From NCBI GenBank assembly GCA_964595345.1, contig CAZQPY010000008.1, positions 20,496-84,495 on the forward strand: a DNA stretch of 64,000 nt, in the 5' to 3' direction. The stretch is from an uncultured Terracidiphilus sp. (GTDB taxonomy: Bacteria > Acidobacteriota > Terriglobia > Terriglobales > Acidobacteriaceae). Below, in pieces: positions 52,824 to 63,264 of the stretch. The notes under the pieces were generated by a model, which was not told where the DNA came from, searched no databases, and saw only the letters and a program-made list of their open reading frames with translations. How positions within the stretch are numbered: position 1 is the stretch's first letter; the number at the start of each line of letters is the position of its first letter. The position numbers and the translations under genes are program-made.

Positions 52824-54368
52824 CTATTCCGGCAGCTTATAGCCCTTCTCGCGGAAAAGGCGGACGCACGCGCGCACGGCATCGGCGTCGATGGTCTTGC
52901 CCGCCTGGCGCTCGATCTCCTCCAGCGCAATCTGCAGGTCCAGTCCCCGGCGATAGGGGCGGTCCGAGGTCATGGCCTCCACGATATCGGCCACCGCAAG
53001 CACCTTGGCCTCAGGTAGGATCTGGTCCCCCGTGAGCCCGAGTGGGTATCCCGATCCGTCGAGCTTTTCATGGTGCTGGCGCATGATGTCGGCAACCGGC
53101 CAGGTGAAAGGGATGTCTTTGAGGATCTCGTAGCCTGTCTCGGGATGCTTGACCATCAGTTCCCATTCTTCCGGGGTCAGGCGATCCGGCTTGGAGAGGA
53201 TCTTGGTGGGAACCGAAATCTTTCCGAAATCGTGGACCATTGCCGCCATCCGCAGTCCGGTGAGCCGGTCCGTATCCCAGCCTAGTTCGCGTCCGATGGC
53301 ACAGGCGATATCCGCTGCCCGGTTCTCGTGTCCGGCCGTGTACGGGTCGCGGGTTTCGACCGCCGACACCATGGCGCTGACCATCGCGGTGAGCGCCTCG
53401 GTTAATTGCTGCTGCGCCTGGGTCCTTCGCTGAAACTCAGCTTCCAGCATTTCCTTCTGGTGCAATGCATTGAGGCCATGCCCGATCTCTGTCGCCAGGT
53501 GCTCGAAGACCTCAACCGCCCCCTCTTCGAAGGCATTGGCGCGGCCGGCATAGACCACGAGCACGCCCCGCCAGCCTTCCTGACCCAACAGCGGAATGCC
53601 AATCAGCGATTGAACGCCGATGCGGCGCGCCCACTCCCGCCAGGGGCTGAACATCTCACCAGTCTCGATGTTGTCGATAATGTTCATTTTCCCGGTGCGG
53701 ATCGCCATCCCGGCGGTGCCATTCCCGGTGACCAGCTCTTTGTCCCAGCTGACACTCAGCCCCTCGACGGAGTCTTTTGCTCTGCCCGCCGCGGCAATGA
53801 TGCGCACCGGTTTTCCTGGCAAATCCTCTGCCGTGCCCACCCAGGCCAGCGCATAAGCGGACTCGCGGGTAATGGCCTCACAGATGGCCTGCAGCAACCC
53901 CTGGGATGAATCTGCCTGGACCAGCGCCAAGGCAACGCCACCATACGCAGACAAAGCCCACTGCAGGGTGGCCAGGCGGTGCCGATGCCTCTCCAGGTCT
54001 GTCATCTCGCGAAAAACCCAGAGCACCAGTTCCCGCCCATCGACAGCGAACGCATCCGAAGAAGAAAAAACGATCGGAATGCTGTCGCCGTTCTTATGTT
54101 CCAGGGTCGAATGGTGGCAGGGGATGTAGTGCGCCGCGCTTCCATAGGTGGATTGGGTATCCTGTACGAATTCGTGCAGGGGATGCAAATCGCCGATGCT
54201 CATGCCGACGAGTTCCAGACGGCTGTATCCAGTCAGCCTTTCCGCCGCCGGATTCGCATCGATCACCCGAGTGGCCGCAGGGTCCACCGCGAACATAGCC
54301 TCCCGCGCATGTGACCAACAACTTGTATGGAGTTGGTGATTCTCAACCAGGGGCGAGAGACGTGGCAT
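52824..54368 (-). CDS. PAS-GAF-HD-GYP signalling protein (putative c-di-GMP phosphodiesterase)
   Basis: N-terminal PAS (ANPAAERLTGYSRLELVG), a central GAF-like region, and a C-terminal HD-GYP domain (MVHDFGKI, HHEKLDGSGYP). Confidence 0.9.
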   Translation of the reverse strand: MPRLSPLVENHQLHTSCWSHAREAMFAVDPAATRVIDANPAAERLTGYSRLELVGMSIGDLHPLHEFVQDTQSTYGSAAHYIPCHHSTLEHKNGDSIPIVFSSSDAFAVDGRELVLWVFREMTDLERHRHRLATLQWALSAYGGVALALVQADSSQGLLQAICEAITRESAYALAWVGTAEDLPGKPVRIIAAAGRAKDSVEGLSVSWDKELVTGNGTAGMAIRTGKMNIIDNIETGEMFSPWREWARRIGVQSLIGIPLLGQEGWRGVLVVYAGRANAFEEGAVEVFEHLATEIGHGLNALHQKEMLEAEFQRRTQAQQQLTEALTAMVSAMVSAVETRDPYTAGHENRAADIACAIGRELGWDTDRLTGLRMAAMVHDFGKISVPTKILSKPDRLTPEEWELMVKHPETGYEILKDIPFTWPVADIMRQHHEKLDGSGYPLGLTGDQILPEAKVLAVADIVEAMTSDRPYRRGLDLQIALEEIERQAGKTIDADAVRACVRLFREKGYKLPE

Positions 54369-54778
54369 AGCTTGAGTGCACCTTTCGCAGCAAGAGCGGG
54401 TGTCGAGCAGACCTTACCTGCCTGAACCGCAGCAGATTCGCGGCGGACCAAGCTTCTTCCCCTCGCATTCATCTCATCGGCAATCGCGCGCAGAAGCTGA
54501 GGTTTCCCCGCTCCGCCAGAAATGCCCTCGTCCAATATACTTCAGATCCGTAAAACATGAACCTAGGTCATGCTCCAATCCTGTGAGCCTGCTAGGGACA
54601 AAGCATTTTCGGAACTCGCCGGGACTTTTTGAGGAACGTGAAAGGTGGCTTTTCCGTCCTCGTTGCGGAATAAGACCTCTCCGCAGGGGCCCTGGAACGG
54701 TATAGACCCTTGAACGTCTGCTTTCGGTCAACGCCCATTCCAAAAATGCTGCAGCGCCCTTCGCGCTCCGCGGAATGC

Positions 54779-54811
54779 AACTGGCCCGTCCAGTGCTGCG
54801 ACGGGCCAGTT
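54779..54811 (-). terminator. strong hairpin downstream of the usp gene
   Basis: AACTGGCCCGTC-N9-GACGGGCCAGTT is a perfect 12-bp stem. A second small hairpin plus ATTTTTGG follows on the sense strand. Confidence 0.4.
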
Positions 54812-54863
54812 GTCAAACATTTCAGCGACGCGTATTGCGCTTACCTTTTTGAAACGGCTCGGC

Positions 54864-55340
54864 TTACCACCATTCCATCAGGCCGGCGGAAGAAACCTTG
54901 GCGCTGGTCTCGGGCTTCTCCGTCCGCAGCAGCAGAACCGGCGTGTGCACCAGCTTGACGATCTTTTCGGCGATGGAACCGAAGACCACCGGGTACCAGC
55001 CCGAAACGCCGTGGGTCGAGATCACCACCAGGTTCGCGTTCTCGCGCTCAGCGGCTTCCAGAATGTTGCCGGCCACGTCGTTCTCGACCTCAATCAGCGT
55101 GGTGCCCTTGATCCCCTTGGCGTCCATTGACGCCTGAGAAATGGCGAAATGCTTCTCCGCTACGGCCCTGGAATCCTCTGTGCCGCAGGTTTCCGGTATG
55201 ACATGTAGAAGTAAAAGTTCGGCATTAAACTTCTGGGCCAACTCGATCGCCGTCTCCAAGGCTACGTGCGAAGACGGGCTGAAATCGATGGGGACCAGAA
55301 TCTTGGTAGGAATTGCGCTCACACCATTTGCTTCGGACAT
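54864..55340 (-). CDS. universal stress protein (UspA family)
   Basis: KILVPIDFSPSS, LLLLHVI, and VISTHGVSGW...GSIAEKIV motifs. Confidence 0.85.
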   Translation of the reverse strand: MSEANGVSAIPTKILVPIDFSPSSHVALETAIELAQKFNAELLLLHVIPETCGTEDSRAVAEKHFAISQASMDAKGIKGTTLIEVENDVAGNILEAAERENANLVVISTHGVSGWYPVVFGSIAEKIVKLVHTPVLLLRTEKPETSAKVSSAGLMEWW

Positions 55341-55535
55341 TCCACTCTCCTCGCCGTACCGAACGAGCGGCCGGCCTCTTGTTTTTCGCCCACCATCATA
55401 GCAAGGCTTTCCACATGGCGAAACGTGACCGGCGACACAGCTTGCCCGGCCCGTTCAAGGCCTCCGATAGCGTGAACAAAGCACGGGAGTTACTTCCCAT
55501 GTGCCAGTATCGGCGGCAAATTTGCGCTATGGCGG

Positions 55536-56675
55536 CTAGGTGGTTGACAGCAGCGCGCGCAGCGCGGCGGTCCAGGTTTCCAGTTCGGCCACCGGCACGC
55601 ATTCGCGGTCGGAATGCGCCGTGTGCATGTCTCCCGGACCGATGACGATGACCTCCTGGGCAACCGCCGACAGACGCGTGGCCTCACTGCCGAAACTGAT
55701 GCCGCAGGGACGGAAGGGTTGACCCGCGGCAACAGCCATTTGCCTCAAACGAAGTTGCAGCGGACCGGGTTCGGCGGTGCCAAACCCGGCTTCGGCTCGC
55801 AGGAGCTCGATGTGCACATGGACCTTGGGATGATCGGAGCGCAGGCAGTCGCAGAGCCATTCGAGTTGGGCAAGGATGGCGCGCGGAGGATCGGATGGAA
55901 TGGGCCTCCACTCCACCAGGAATGAGCATTTGCCGGCGACGATGTTCTTGGCCGAACCGCCTTCGATGACGCCGACATTGATCGTGGTCCGGGGCGGATC
56001 GAAAAGCACATCACCGTGTTCTCCTTTGACCTGTGCACCAAGCTCGTTGATTTGGCAGATCAGCTTCGCTGCCATCGCGATGGCCGAGACGCCTTCGTTA
56101 GGGTAAGCCGAATGTGCTTCGATGCCGTTGATCGTGATGCGCGCGAGTCCGTAGCCCTTGCCGGCGATGCCGGGCCGCAGCGAGGTCGGCTCGCTAACGA
56201 TTGCCGAGCTAATTTGCAGCTTCGCGGAGCGCAGAAGTCGGTCCATCCCTTTGCAGCCGACTTCTTCGTCCGCGCTCAGGATCAGGGCCACTTGCGGCGA
56301 GACGATGGTGTCTTCAATCGCGGCCAGAAAGCAGGCCAATGCGCCCTTCACATCGCAGGAACCGCAGCCATGGAGAAGCTTCCCGTCCGCACTGGAAGTG
56401 AGTAGGGTTGCACCTCTCCACGCGCCTGAAAACGGCACCGTGTCGGTATGGCATACGAACGCAAGCTCGATTTGGGCTTCGTCCTGCATAGCTCCCGACG
56501 GCCGCGCCAACAGGTTGGCCTTGGCCACACTCTGCTCATCGCTGTAGGGAAACAGTTGAACCTGCCAGCCCTTCGCTTCCAGGAAGTGGGCGACCCACTC
56601 GATAAGCGGAAGATTCGACTGGTGCGACGGGGTAGGAATCGCCACCAGTTCCCGCAAGATCTCCTGTGCGTTCAT
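55536..56675 (-). CDS. M20-family metallo-deacylase (ArgE/DapE-like)
   Basis: HTDTVP, SADEEVG, and the dimerisation-domain layout of the ArgE/DapE family. Its ATG shares ATGA with the hutI stop. Confidence 0.8.
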   Translation of the reverse strand: MNAQEILRELVAIPTPSHQSNLPLIEWVAHFLEAKGWQVQLFPYSDEQSVAKANLLARPSGAMQDEAQIELAFVCHTDTVPFSGAWRGATLLTSSADGKLLHGCGSCDVKGALACFLAAIEDTIVSPQVALILSADEEVGCKGMDRLLRSAKLQISSAIVSEPTSLRPGIAGKGYGLARITINGIEAHSAYPNEGVSAIAMAAKLICQINELGAQVKGEHGDVLFDPPRTTINVGVIEGGSAKNIVAGKCSFLVEWRPIPSDPPRAILAQLEWLCDCLRSDHPKVHVHIELLRAEAGFGTAEPGPLQLRLRQMAVAAGQPFRPCGISFGSEATRLSAVAQEVIVIGPGDMHTAHSDRECVPVAELETWTAALRALLSTT

Positions 56676-57916
56676 GCGCTCACTTCCCTTCCCGCAACAA
56701 AGACGCGCGGCCTTGCCGGCGCGGCGATGAAATAGGCCAGTTCCCGGTAATCGGCGAACTCATGAATCACAAAATCGGCTTGCTTGCCAACTTCGATCGA
56801 TCCCCGGTCGGCGCCCAAACCCAGACTATACGCCGCATTGATGGTGGCTGCAGCAAATGCCTCAGCCGGGATCAGGCTCATCTGAAGGCAGGCGAGCGAT
56901 AGAACAAACGGCATCGACGCCACCGGCGACGAGCCGGGATTGAAATCGGTTGCCAGCACGATGCCGAGGCCTTGCGCGATCATCTCCCGTGCCGATGGGT
57001 AATTCGTTCGACCGAGCGAGAAAACCGATCCTGGTAACAACACCGGCTGGACACCTGCCGTGCGGAGAAGAGCCATGGTTTCGGTGTCCACCTGTTCCAG
57101 ATGATCCGCGGTGGCAGCGCCAAGCTCCGCAGCCAACGCCGCGCCGGTGCCAGGGCAGAACTGCTCGGCATGCACGCGCAGTCCGAGTCCATAAAGACGC
57201 GCAGCGGTGAGGACTTTGCGAGACTCTTCTACGGTAAAAGCATGCTCATCGCAAAAGGCATCGCAATAGCGGGCCAGGCCCGCTGCCGCCACCTCGGGGA
57301 TCAGCTCTTCCACGATCCAGCGAACATACTCGCCGCGCGCCGCGGCATACTCTTCCGGGACCGTGTGCGCGGCCAGCAGAGTGGGCACGATCGTCGCCGG
57401 ACCTTCTTCGTTGAGTCGCTTCAGCACCCGCAGCATGCGCAATTCGGTTTCGCGATTGAGCCCGTACCCCGATTTGGCCTCGATGGTGGTGGTCCCGCAG
57501 CGCAGCATCCAATCGCGATGCCGGCGAGCTGCGGCGAGCAATTCGTCTTCGGTGGCCGCGCGGGTCAGCTTGACCGTGCTGCGGATGCCACCGCCGGATG
57601 CAGCAACTTCCTGATAGGTAGCGCCCGCGATCCGCCGCTCAAACTCCGCAGCCCGGTTACCGGCAAAAACCAGATGCGTGTGGGCATCGACAAAGCCGGG
57701 CGTGACGCAGCGGTTTTGAGCATCGATGATTTCCGCTCTGGCGGGGATTTTGCGCTTGAGGTCGCCGTAGCTGCCGGCAGCAGAGATACGACCGTTCTCA
57801 ATGAGAAGCGCCGCACCCTCAAGAAGCCCCAGTTCTCGCAACTCCGCGCCCACCCGCGGGCGCTGCGGACCGGCGAGGGTGACCAATTGCCCGATATTAA
57901 CGACGGCTGTAGCCAT
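56672..57916 (-). CDS. hutI: imidazolonepropionase
   Basis: Amidohydrolase fold with PGFVDAHTHLVFAG, HAEQF and ATDFNPGSSP motifs. Located in a hut operon. Confidence 0.9.
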   Translation of the reverse strand: MATAVVNIGQLVTLAGPQRPRVGAELRELGLLEGAALLIENGRISAAGSYGDLKRKIPARAEIIDAQNRCVTPGFVDAHTHLVFAGNRAAEFERRIAGATYQEVAASGGGIRSTVKLTRAATEDELLAAARRHRDWMLRCGTTTIEAKSGYGLNRETELRMLRVLKRLNEEGPATIVPTLLAAHTVPEEYAAARGEYVRWIVEELIPEVAAAGLARYCDAFCDEHAFTVEESRKVLTAARLYGLGLRVHAEQFCPGTGAALAAELGAATADHLEQVDTETMALLRTAGVQPVLLPGSVFSLGRTNYPSAREMIAQGLGIVLATDFNPGSSPVASMPFVLSLACLQMSLIPAEAFAAATINAAYSLGLGADRGSIEVGKQADFVIHEFADYRELAYFIAAPARPRVFVAGREVSA

Positions 57917-57980
57917 AGCCCCTCAGTCCCTTGGCCCCTCAGTCCCTATGTCCCTTAGTCCCTCAGTCCCTCAGTCCCTG
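57917..57980 (-). repeat. tandem octamer array (8 copies, sense NAGGGACT) filling the hutU-hutI intercistronic spacer
   Basis: The plus strand reads AGCCCCTC AGTCCCTT GGCCCCTC AGTCCCTA TGTCCCTT AGTCCCTC AGTCCCTC AGTCCCTG. It abuts the hutI ATG (57916) and includes the hutU stop (57971-57973). Confidence 0.9.
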
Positions 57981-59638
57981 TCTTTAATCATCGGCATGGC
58001 GATTCCCTTTTCGCGCGCGGTCTGCCGGGCCATTTCGTAGCCCGCGTCCGCATGGCGCACCACGCCAATTCCCGGATCGTTGTTCAGCACCCGGCTGAGG
58101 CGTTTGGCCGCGTTGGCCGTGCCGTCGGCCACCGTCACCTGCCCGGCATGCAGCGAATAACCCATGCCCACCCCGCCGCCATGATGAAAGCTGACCCAGG
58201 TTGCGCCCGAAGCGGTATTCAGCAGCGCATTCAGGATCGGCCAGTCGGCAATCGCGTCCGAGCCGTCCATCATCTTCTCGGTTTCGCGGTAAGGGCTGGC
58301 CACCGACCCGGTATCCAGGTGATCGCGGCCAATCGCAATGGGCGCGGAGATCTCGCCCTTGCGGACTAGCTCGTTGATCGCTTCTCCCATCAGTTGACGC
58401 TCGCCGTAGCCCAGCCAGCAGATGCGCGACGGCAGCCCCTGATAGGCAAAGCGGCCCTTTGAGAGGCGCATCCAGCGGGAGAGAATCTCATTGTGCGGAA
58501 ACAACTCAAGCGCCAGCTTGTCGGTGCGGTCGATATCCGCGGGGTCGCCCGAAAGCGCCACCCAGCGGAACGGGCCGGTTCCAGTGCAGAACAGCGGGCG
58601 GATGTATTCCGGCACGAAGCCCGGAATCAGAAAGGCGTCCACGCAGCCGGCATCGAAGGCGAAGCGGCGGATGTTGTTGCCGTAATCGAAGGCCACCGCG
58701 CCGGCGCGCTGCATGGCAAGCATCGCGTCCACATGCACGACCATGGATGCTGTTGACCGGCGCACATACTCTTCCGGATTGCTCGCGCGCAGTGCGGCTG
58801 CCTCGGCGAGCGAAAGCCCTTGCGGGACATAGCCGTTCAGCGGATCATGCGCGCTGGTCTGGTCGGTGACCACGTCCACCTGCACACCGCGGCGCAGCAG
58901 TTCTGGCAGCACATCGGCGCAGTTACCCACCAGCCCTACCGACAATGCGCGGCCTTCGCGGCGCGCATCCTCGCAAAGCATTAAAGCTTCGTCCAGATTC
59001 TCGGCGATGCGGTCGCAATAGCGGGTTTCGACGCGCCGCTCGATGCGGCTGCGATCCACGTCGATGGCCAGCACCACGCCATCGTTCAGCGTGACGGAGA
59101 GGGGCTGAGCTCCGCCCATTCCGCCGACGCCGCCGGTGACCACCAACTTTCCTCGCAGAGATCCGCCGAAATGGCGCTCCGCCAAGGCGGCAAAGGTCTG
59201 GAAGGTTCCCTGCAAAATGCCCTGGGTGCCGATGTAAATCCAGCTGCCGGCCGTCATCTGGCCATACATCATGAGGCCCTTGCGGTCGAGTTCGTGAAAG
59301 TGCTCCCAGTTGGCCCACTTGCCCACCAGGTTGGAGTTGGCAATCAACACGCGCGGCGCCATGTCGTGAGTGGGAAAGACGGCAACCGGCTTGCCGGACT
59401 GCACCAGCAGCGTCTCCTCGTCTCCCAGCCGCTCCAGTTCGCGCACGATGGCGTGATAGCTCTCCCAGTTGCGAGCCGCCTTGCCGATACCGCCATAGAC
59501 CACAAGGTCCTGCGGCCGCTCGGCCACTTCGGGATCCAGATTGTTCATCAGGCAGCGCAACGCGGCCTCCTGCTGCCAGCCCTTGCAGCGCAACTGGCTG
59601 CCACGGGGCGCTCGAATTACGGGCGCTTGAAAACTCAT
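57971..59638 (-). CDS. hutU: urocanate hydratase
   Basis: Full-length 555 aa, with GGMGGAQP and other urocanase blocks ([23 protein letters not shown]). Confidence 0.95.
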   Translation of the reverse strand: MSFQAPVIRAPRGSQLRCKGWQQEAALRCLMNNLDPEVAERPQDLVVYGGIGKAARNWESYHAIVRELERLGDEETLLVQSGKPVAVFPTHDMAPRVLIANSNLVGKWANWEHFHELDRKGLMMYGQMTAGSWIYIGTQGILQGTFQTFAALAERHFGGSLRGKLVVTGGVGGMGGAQPLSVTLNDGVVLAIDVDRSRIERRVETRYCDRIAENLDEALMLCEDARREGRALSVGLVGNCADVLPELLRRGVQVDVVTDQTSAHDPLNGYVPQGLSLAEAAALRASNPEEYVRRSTASMVVHVDAMLAMQRAGAVAFDYGNNIRRFAFDAGCVDAFLIPGFVPEYIRPLFCTGTGPFRWVALSGDPADIDRTDKLALELFPHNEILSRWMRLSKGRFAYQGLPSRICWLGYGERQLMGEAINELVRKGEISAPIAIGRDHLDTGSVASPYRETEKMMDGSDAIADWPILNALLNTASGATWVSFHHGGGVGMGYSLHAGQVTVADGTANAAKRLSRVLNNDPGIGVVRHADAGYEMARQTAREKGIAMPMIKDRD

Positions 59639-59648
59639 CTTTTCTCCT

Positions 59649-61028
59649 CTAGTGCTTCAAAAAACGTCTCTGCACAGCGCGATAGCTTGTGCTGATTTCC
59701 TGATCCAGCGGATGCCGGCCATCCTCGATAACCAGACATCCCTGAACTCCGACATCGCGAATGGCGCTGCGGCCCACATTGAAGACCGTCTGCGCGGCCA
59801 ACGATTCGCGGTCGATGCCCAGAATCGCGGCGTCGTCCATATCAACGGTGAAGAAGTCCGCCGACTCGCCAGCGGCCAAGCTTCCCCCGGCAATCCCCAG
59901 GGCGCGATACCCGGAAGCCGTCGCCGACTGAAGAAGGCGGTTGGCGATTTCCTCGCCGTTGAGGCCGTCGAGAATTCCGCGCTCCCGGTGCTGCAGACGC
60001 AGGTGATATTCCAGTTCGCGCGCATCTTCCAGAATGTCGATTTGCGCCTGGCTGTCGGTCCCGAAGGCCACCGGGATGCCCAGCCGCGCCACGCGGTCCG
60101 CGGGAAAGATGCCATCGCCCAGGTTGCGCTCGGTGGTTGGGCAGGAGCAGATGGTTGCGCCCGACTCGGCTACCAGATTGAACTCAGCAACGGTCAGATG
60201 GATCGAATGGACCAACGTGGTCTTCGGGGTCAGAATTCCGTGGCCGGCCACAAGCAAAACCGGCGTCAGTCCGTACTCAGCCACGCAGGCGTCGTTCTCG
60301 CCGGGCTGCTCGCTGATGTGCAGATGAAGCGGAAGTTCGCGCTGCCGGGCATAGGACGCGATCTCTTCCATTACGTCCAGTGGGACCGCGCGAATGCTGT
60401 GCGGAGCAGCGCCGACGCTGACCAGCGCCCTCCCGTCAACGGCTGAAATCAGGCCTTCCAGGTTCTGCAGGTATGCGCTGCCGCTCTCGTAAAAGCGGGC
60501 CTGCCCGGGGTGTGGTTCACGCTGGAAGCCCGCGCGCAGATAGGCCGTGCGCAACATGCAAATGCGGATGCCGACCGACCCGGCGGCCCGGATCACCTCC
60601 AAAGCCAGGATGTTGGGGTCCGCATACGGATGCCCGGCTGGATCGTTGTGCAGGTAATGAAACTCGCCCACCACGGTAATGCCCGCGCGGAGCATCTCCA
60701 GGAATGTGGCGCGGGCTACGTCGAAGAGGTCGTCCGGGGAGACAAATCCCGCGGCGCGGTACATCTGCTCGCGCCAGGTCCAGAAGGTGTCTCCGCCGAT
60801 GTTACGGCCCTCGGCGCGGCCCCGAAAGAGGCGCTGGAAACTATGCGAGTGGGCATTTGCCAAACCCGGAAGCAGCGCTTTCCCCGCCAATCGGACGGTT
60901 TCGACTCCGGCCGTTTGCTCCCGCCCGGCGAGCCCGATGACATTGCCATCGGGACCGACGAGAAGCCCTCTTCCGGCATGCGCCTGGCCGGCCACAAAGA
61001 GCAGATCCGGCAAATAAAGTCGTGACAT
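59649..61028 (-). CDS. hutF: formimidoylglutamate deiminase
   Basis: [32 protein letters not shown] and NLGDGIFP blocks match HutF-type amidohydrolases. It is the first gene of the hut operon. Confidence 0.8.
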   Translation of the reverse strand: MSRLYLPDLLFVAGQAHAGRGLLVGPDGNVIGLAGREQTAGVETVRLAGKALLPGLANAHSHSFQRLFRGRAEGRNIGGDTFWTWREQMYRAAGFVSPDDLFDVARATFLEMLRAGITVVGEFHYLHNDPAGHPYADPNILALEVIRAAGSVGIRICMLRTAYLRAGFQREPHPGQARFYESGSAYLQNLEGLISAVDGRALVSVGAAPHSIRAVPLDVMEEIASYARQRELPLHLHISEQPGENDACVAEYGLTPVLLVAGHGILTPKTTLVHSIHLTVAEFNLVAESGATICSCPTTERNLGDGIFPADRVARLGIPVAFGTDSQAQIDILEDARELEYHLRLQHRERGILDGLNGEEIANRLLQSATASGYRALGIAGGSLAAGESADFFTVDMDDAAILGIDRESLAAQTVFNVGRSAIRDVGVQGCLVIEDGRHPLDQEISTSYRAVQRRFLKH

Positions 61029-61224
61029 GAAGTCCCCTGCAATGAATATCAGGATAGTACCCGCAGGAGGCCAGCTTCTTAAAGCCGAATACGGCTGTCC
61101 GCATCCCGAACAAAAGTCGATTCGGCAGTGAATCCATCGCTTCGGTTTCGATTCATCTCCCGGAGCCCAAATTCAGGACCGATCTTTACTCTGTGGACGT
61201 ATTCGTGACATAGTCCCAGCATGG

Positions 61225-62175
61225 ATGCGAACTGAAGTGACCGATGAAATCATTCCGAAGGGCGCTGTGAACGAATCCACTGACTCTGCATCGAATTGGC
61301 GCAAGATTTTCGTAGGCAGCCGAGGCATTCGCACCGGCTGGCGTCTGACGATATTCCTTTTGATGTTCGTGGGAAGCGTCTTCGGCGTATTGCGAGTCGG
61401 TATCCTGCGCGTCCCAGCCGCCGCGCGGATCTACAATCAGGGTTTTCTTTCCCCCAGCTTCGAGTATCTGACCGAGATTCCAACCGCGATCTGTTTGCTG
61501 GTGTGCAGCCTAGTCATGGCGCGCATCGAGAAGCAAGGCTTGGGCGACTACGGGCTATCCTTTCGTCCGGGAGCTGGCAAGCATTTCATCTGGGGACTGC
61601 TCTGGGGGCTCTGCGTCTTCTCAGGCGGAATTTTGCTCATCGCGGCGCTGCACGGCCTTTCGCTGGAAGGCTTGGCGCTTCACGGGCCGGTTCTTTTGAA
61701 GTACGCAAGCTTATGGGCGATGGGCTTTCTGCTGGTCGGGTTTGCCGAGGAATTTCTTTATCGCGGCTATGTGCAATGCGCACTGGCGCAAGCGATTGGG
61801 TTCTGGCCGTCCGCGGTGGTTTGGTCCCTCGTTTTCGCGGCCATGCACCTGTTCAACCGAGGTGAGAATCTGGCTGGGGTTTTGCAGGTTTTTTTGTTCG
61901 CGATGTTTGCCTGCCTGACTGTGCGTCGAACGGGCACCCTATGGTTTGCCATCGGCTTTCATGCGGCCGGTGATTACGCCGAGACTTTTCTATTCTCGGT
62001 CCGCGACAGCGGGTTTGCAGCGTCAGGGACCTTGCTTAAATCATCGTTCCATGGACCAGCGTGGTTGACTGGCGGAGAAGTGGGCCCGGAGGCCAGCGTG
62101 ATCACGATGCTGGTGTTCATCGTTGCGATGTGCTGTTTTCACGTTTTGTATCCGCGAACTGGTCTCAGGAAATAG
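61225..62175 (+). CDS. CPBP-family intramembrane glutamic endopeptidase
   Basis: EEFLYRGY, FAAMHL and HAAGDY motifs in a polytopic membrane protein. Confidence 0.8.
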   Translation: MRTEVTDEIIPKGAVNESTDSASNWRKIFVGSRGIRTGWRLTIFLLMFVGSVFGVLRVGILRVPAAARIYNQGFLSPSFEYLTEIPTAICLLVCSLVMARIEKQGLGDYGLSFRPGAGKHFIWGLLWGLCVFSGGILLIAALHGLSLEGLALHGPVLLKYASLWAMGFLLVGFAEEFLYRGYVQCALAQAIGFWPSAVVWSLVFAAMHLFNRGENLAGVLQVFLFAMFACLTVRRTGTLWFAIGFHAAGDYAETFLFSVRDSGFAASGTLLKSSFHGPAWLTGGEVGPEASVITMLVFIVAMCCFHVLYPRTGLRK

Positions 62176-62232
62176 TTACCAAAGAGAGGCAACGGATCCG
62201 GCGTCGGTCGCCACTTCATGAATACTTTGCCT

Positions 62233-63264
62233 CTATCTCCAGCGAAAGATGCGCAGGGAGACCGTGAACGACACGATCAACCAAGCCAGCAGAATCCCGA
62301 CCTGTGAGGCCATTTGTCCCAGGCCAATTCCCTGCAGCATGTTCCCCCGCAGTGCGTCGATGGAAGCGGTGAGAGGCAAAGCTCGGACGAAGGGCTGGAT
62401 GACGACCGGAAAGCGGGTGGCGGAAAAGAAGATTCCGGAGAGAATCCACATCGGCAGCATGACCAGGTTCATCAAGCCAGACACAGCCTCGATGGTACTT
62501 GCACGCGACGCCACCAGCAGACCCAGTGTGGAGAAAGCAAGAGAAGTCAGGATGCACAGGAAGCCCAATTCGAGCAGCGATCCGCGAAACGGAACGCCAA
62601 AGACAAGCCGCGCAAATCCTAGGAAAACCACGACCTCCATCACCAGCATCACAAGGCGGGCCAGCAGAAATGAAAAGAGATACTGCCAGCGCGGCATGGG
62701 AGAAGCCACCATGCGCTTGAGCAGCTTCTTTTGTCTCGCTTCGACGATGGAGAAACCCAGTCCCCACATCGCCGAGCCCATGAGGTTCATGCCTAGCAGG
62801 CCGGGGACAACAAAGTCGATGTAACGCGCGCCGGTTTCATGCACCAGGTCGTTCCGCACCTGCACTGCGTCCTTTTGTCCGGCCGCGGTTTGAATGGCCC
62901 GATCCGCAAGCAGGCGCGCCGTTCGCGCATCGGGGTTGGTGATGTCGAACTTGTAATCCACCCCACTCGGCGTCTGAATGGCCAGAAGCAGAATCCTGCC
63001 TGTCGCCAGCGCACGCGTGCCGGCGTCCAGATCCATGGTGGAGGAAGTCAGACCTTTATCGGCATCCAGAGCCTGAGTCAGTTGCGCAGTTGTCGCGCCC
63101 ACTTGCAGCACATCCGCCGGCCGATTGCGGAAGGCGATGCCCAGGCCGATGGCAAGCAGGATGGGAAAACCAAATGTCCAGAAGATGGCTTCCGGCTCGC
63201 GCAGAAACAGCCGGAAGCGAGACAAGGTCAACTGAAAAAGCGAGCCTTCAGAGAATTTACTCAT
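62233..63264 (-). CDS. ABC-2-type exporter permease
   Basis: N-terminal TM helix, a large extracytoplasmic loop, then five TM helices. Its start overlaps the ATPase gene stop by 8 nt. Confidence 0.8.
   Translation of the reverse strand: MSKFSEGSLFQLTLSRFRLFLREPEAIFWTFGFPILLAIGLGIAFRNRPADVLQVGATTAQLTQALDADKGLTSSTMDLDAGTRALATGRILLLAIQTPSGVDYKFDITNPDARTARLLADRAIQTAAGQKDAVQVRNDLVHETGARYIDFVVPGLLGMNLMGSAMWGLGFSIVEARQKKLLKRMVASPMPRWQYLFSFLLARLVMLVMEVVVFLGFARLVFGVPFRGSLLELGFLCILTSLAFSTLGLLVASRASTIEAVSGLMNLVMLPMWILSGIFFSATRFPVVIQPFVRALPLTASIDALRGNMLQGIGLGQMASQVGILLAWLIVSFTVSLRIFRWR

Noticed and set aside
54640-54655. A 16-nt identical match, GAAAGGTGGCTTTTCC, with 16144-16159, possibly another repeat family.
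   Set aside because: Roughly one 16-mer coincidence is expected by chance among all position pairs in 64 kb on two strands, and the flanks do not align. It is not treated as a repeat.
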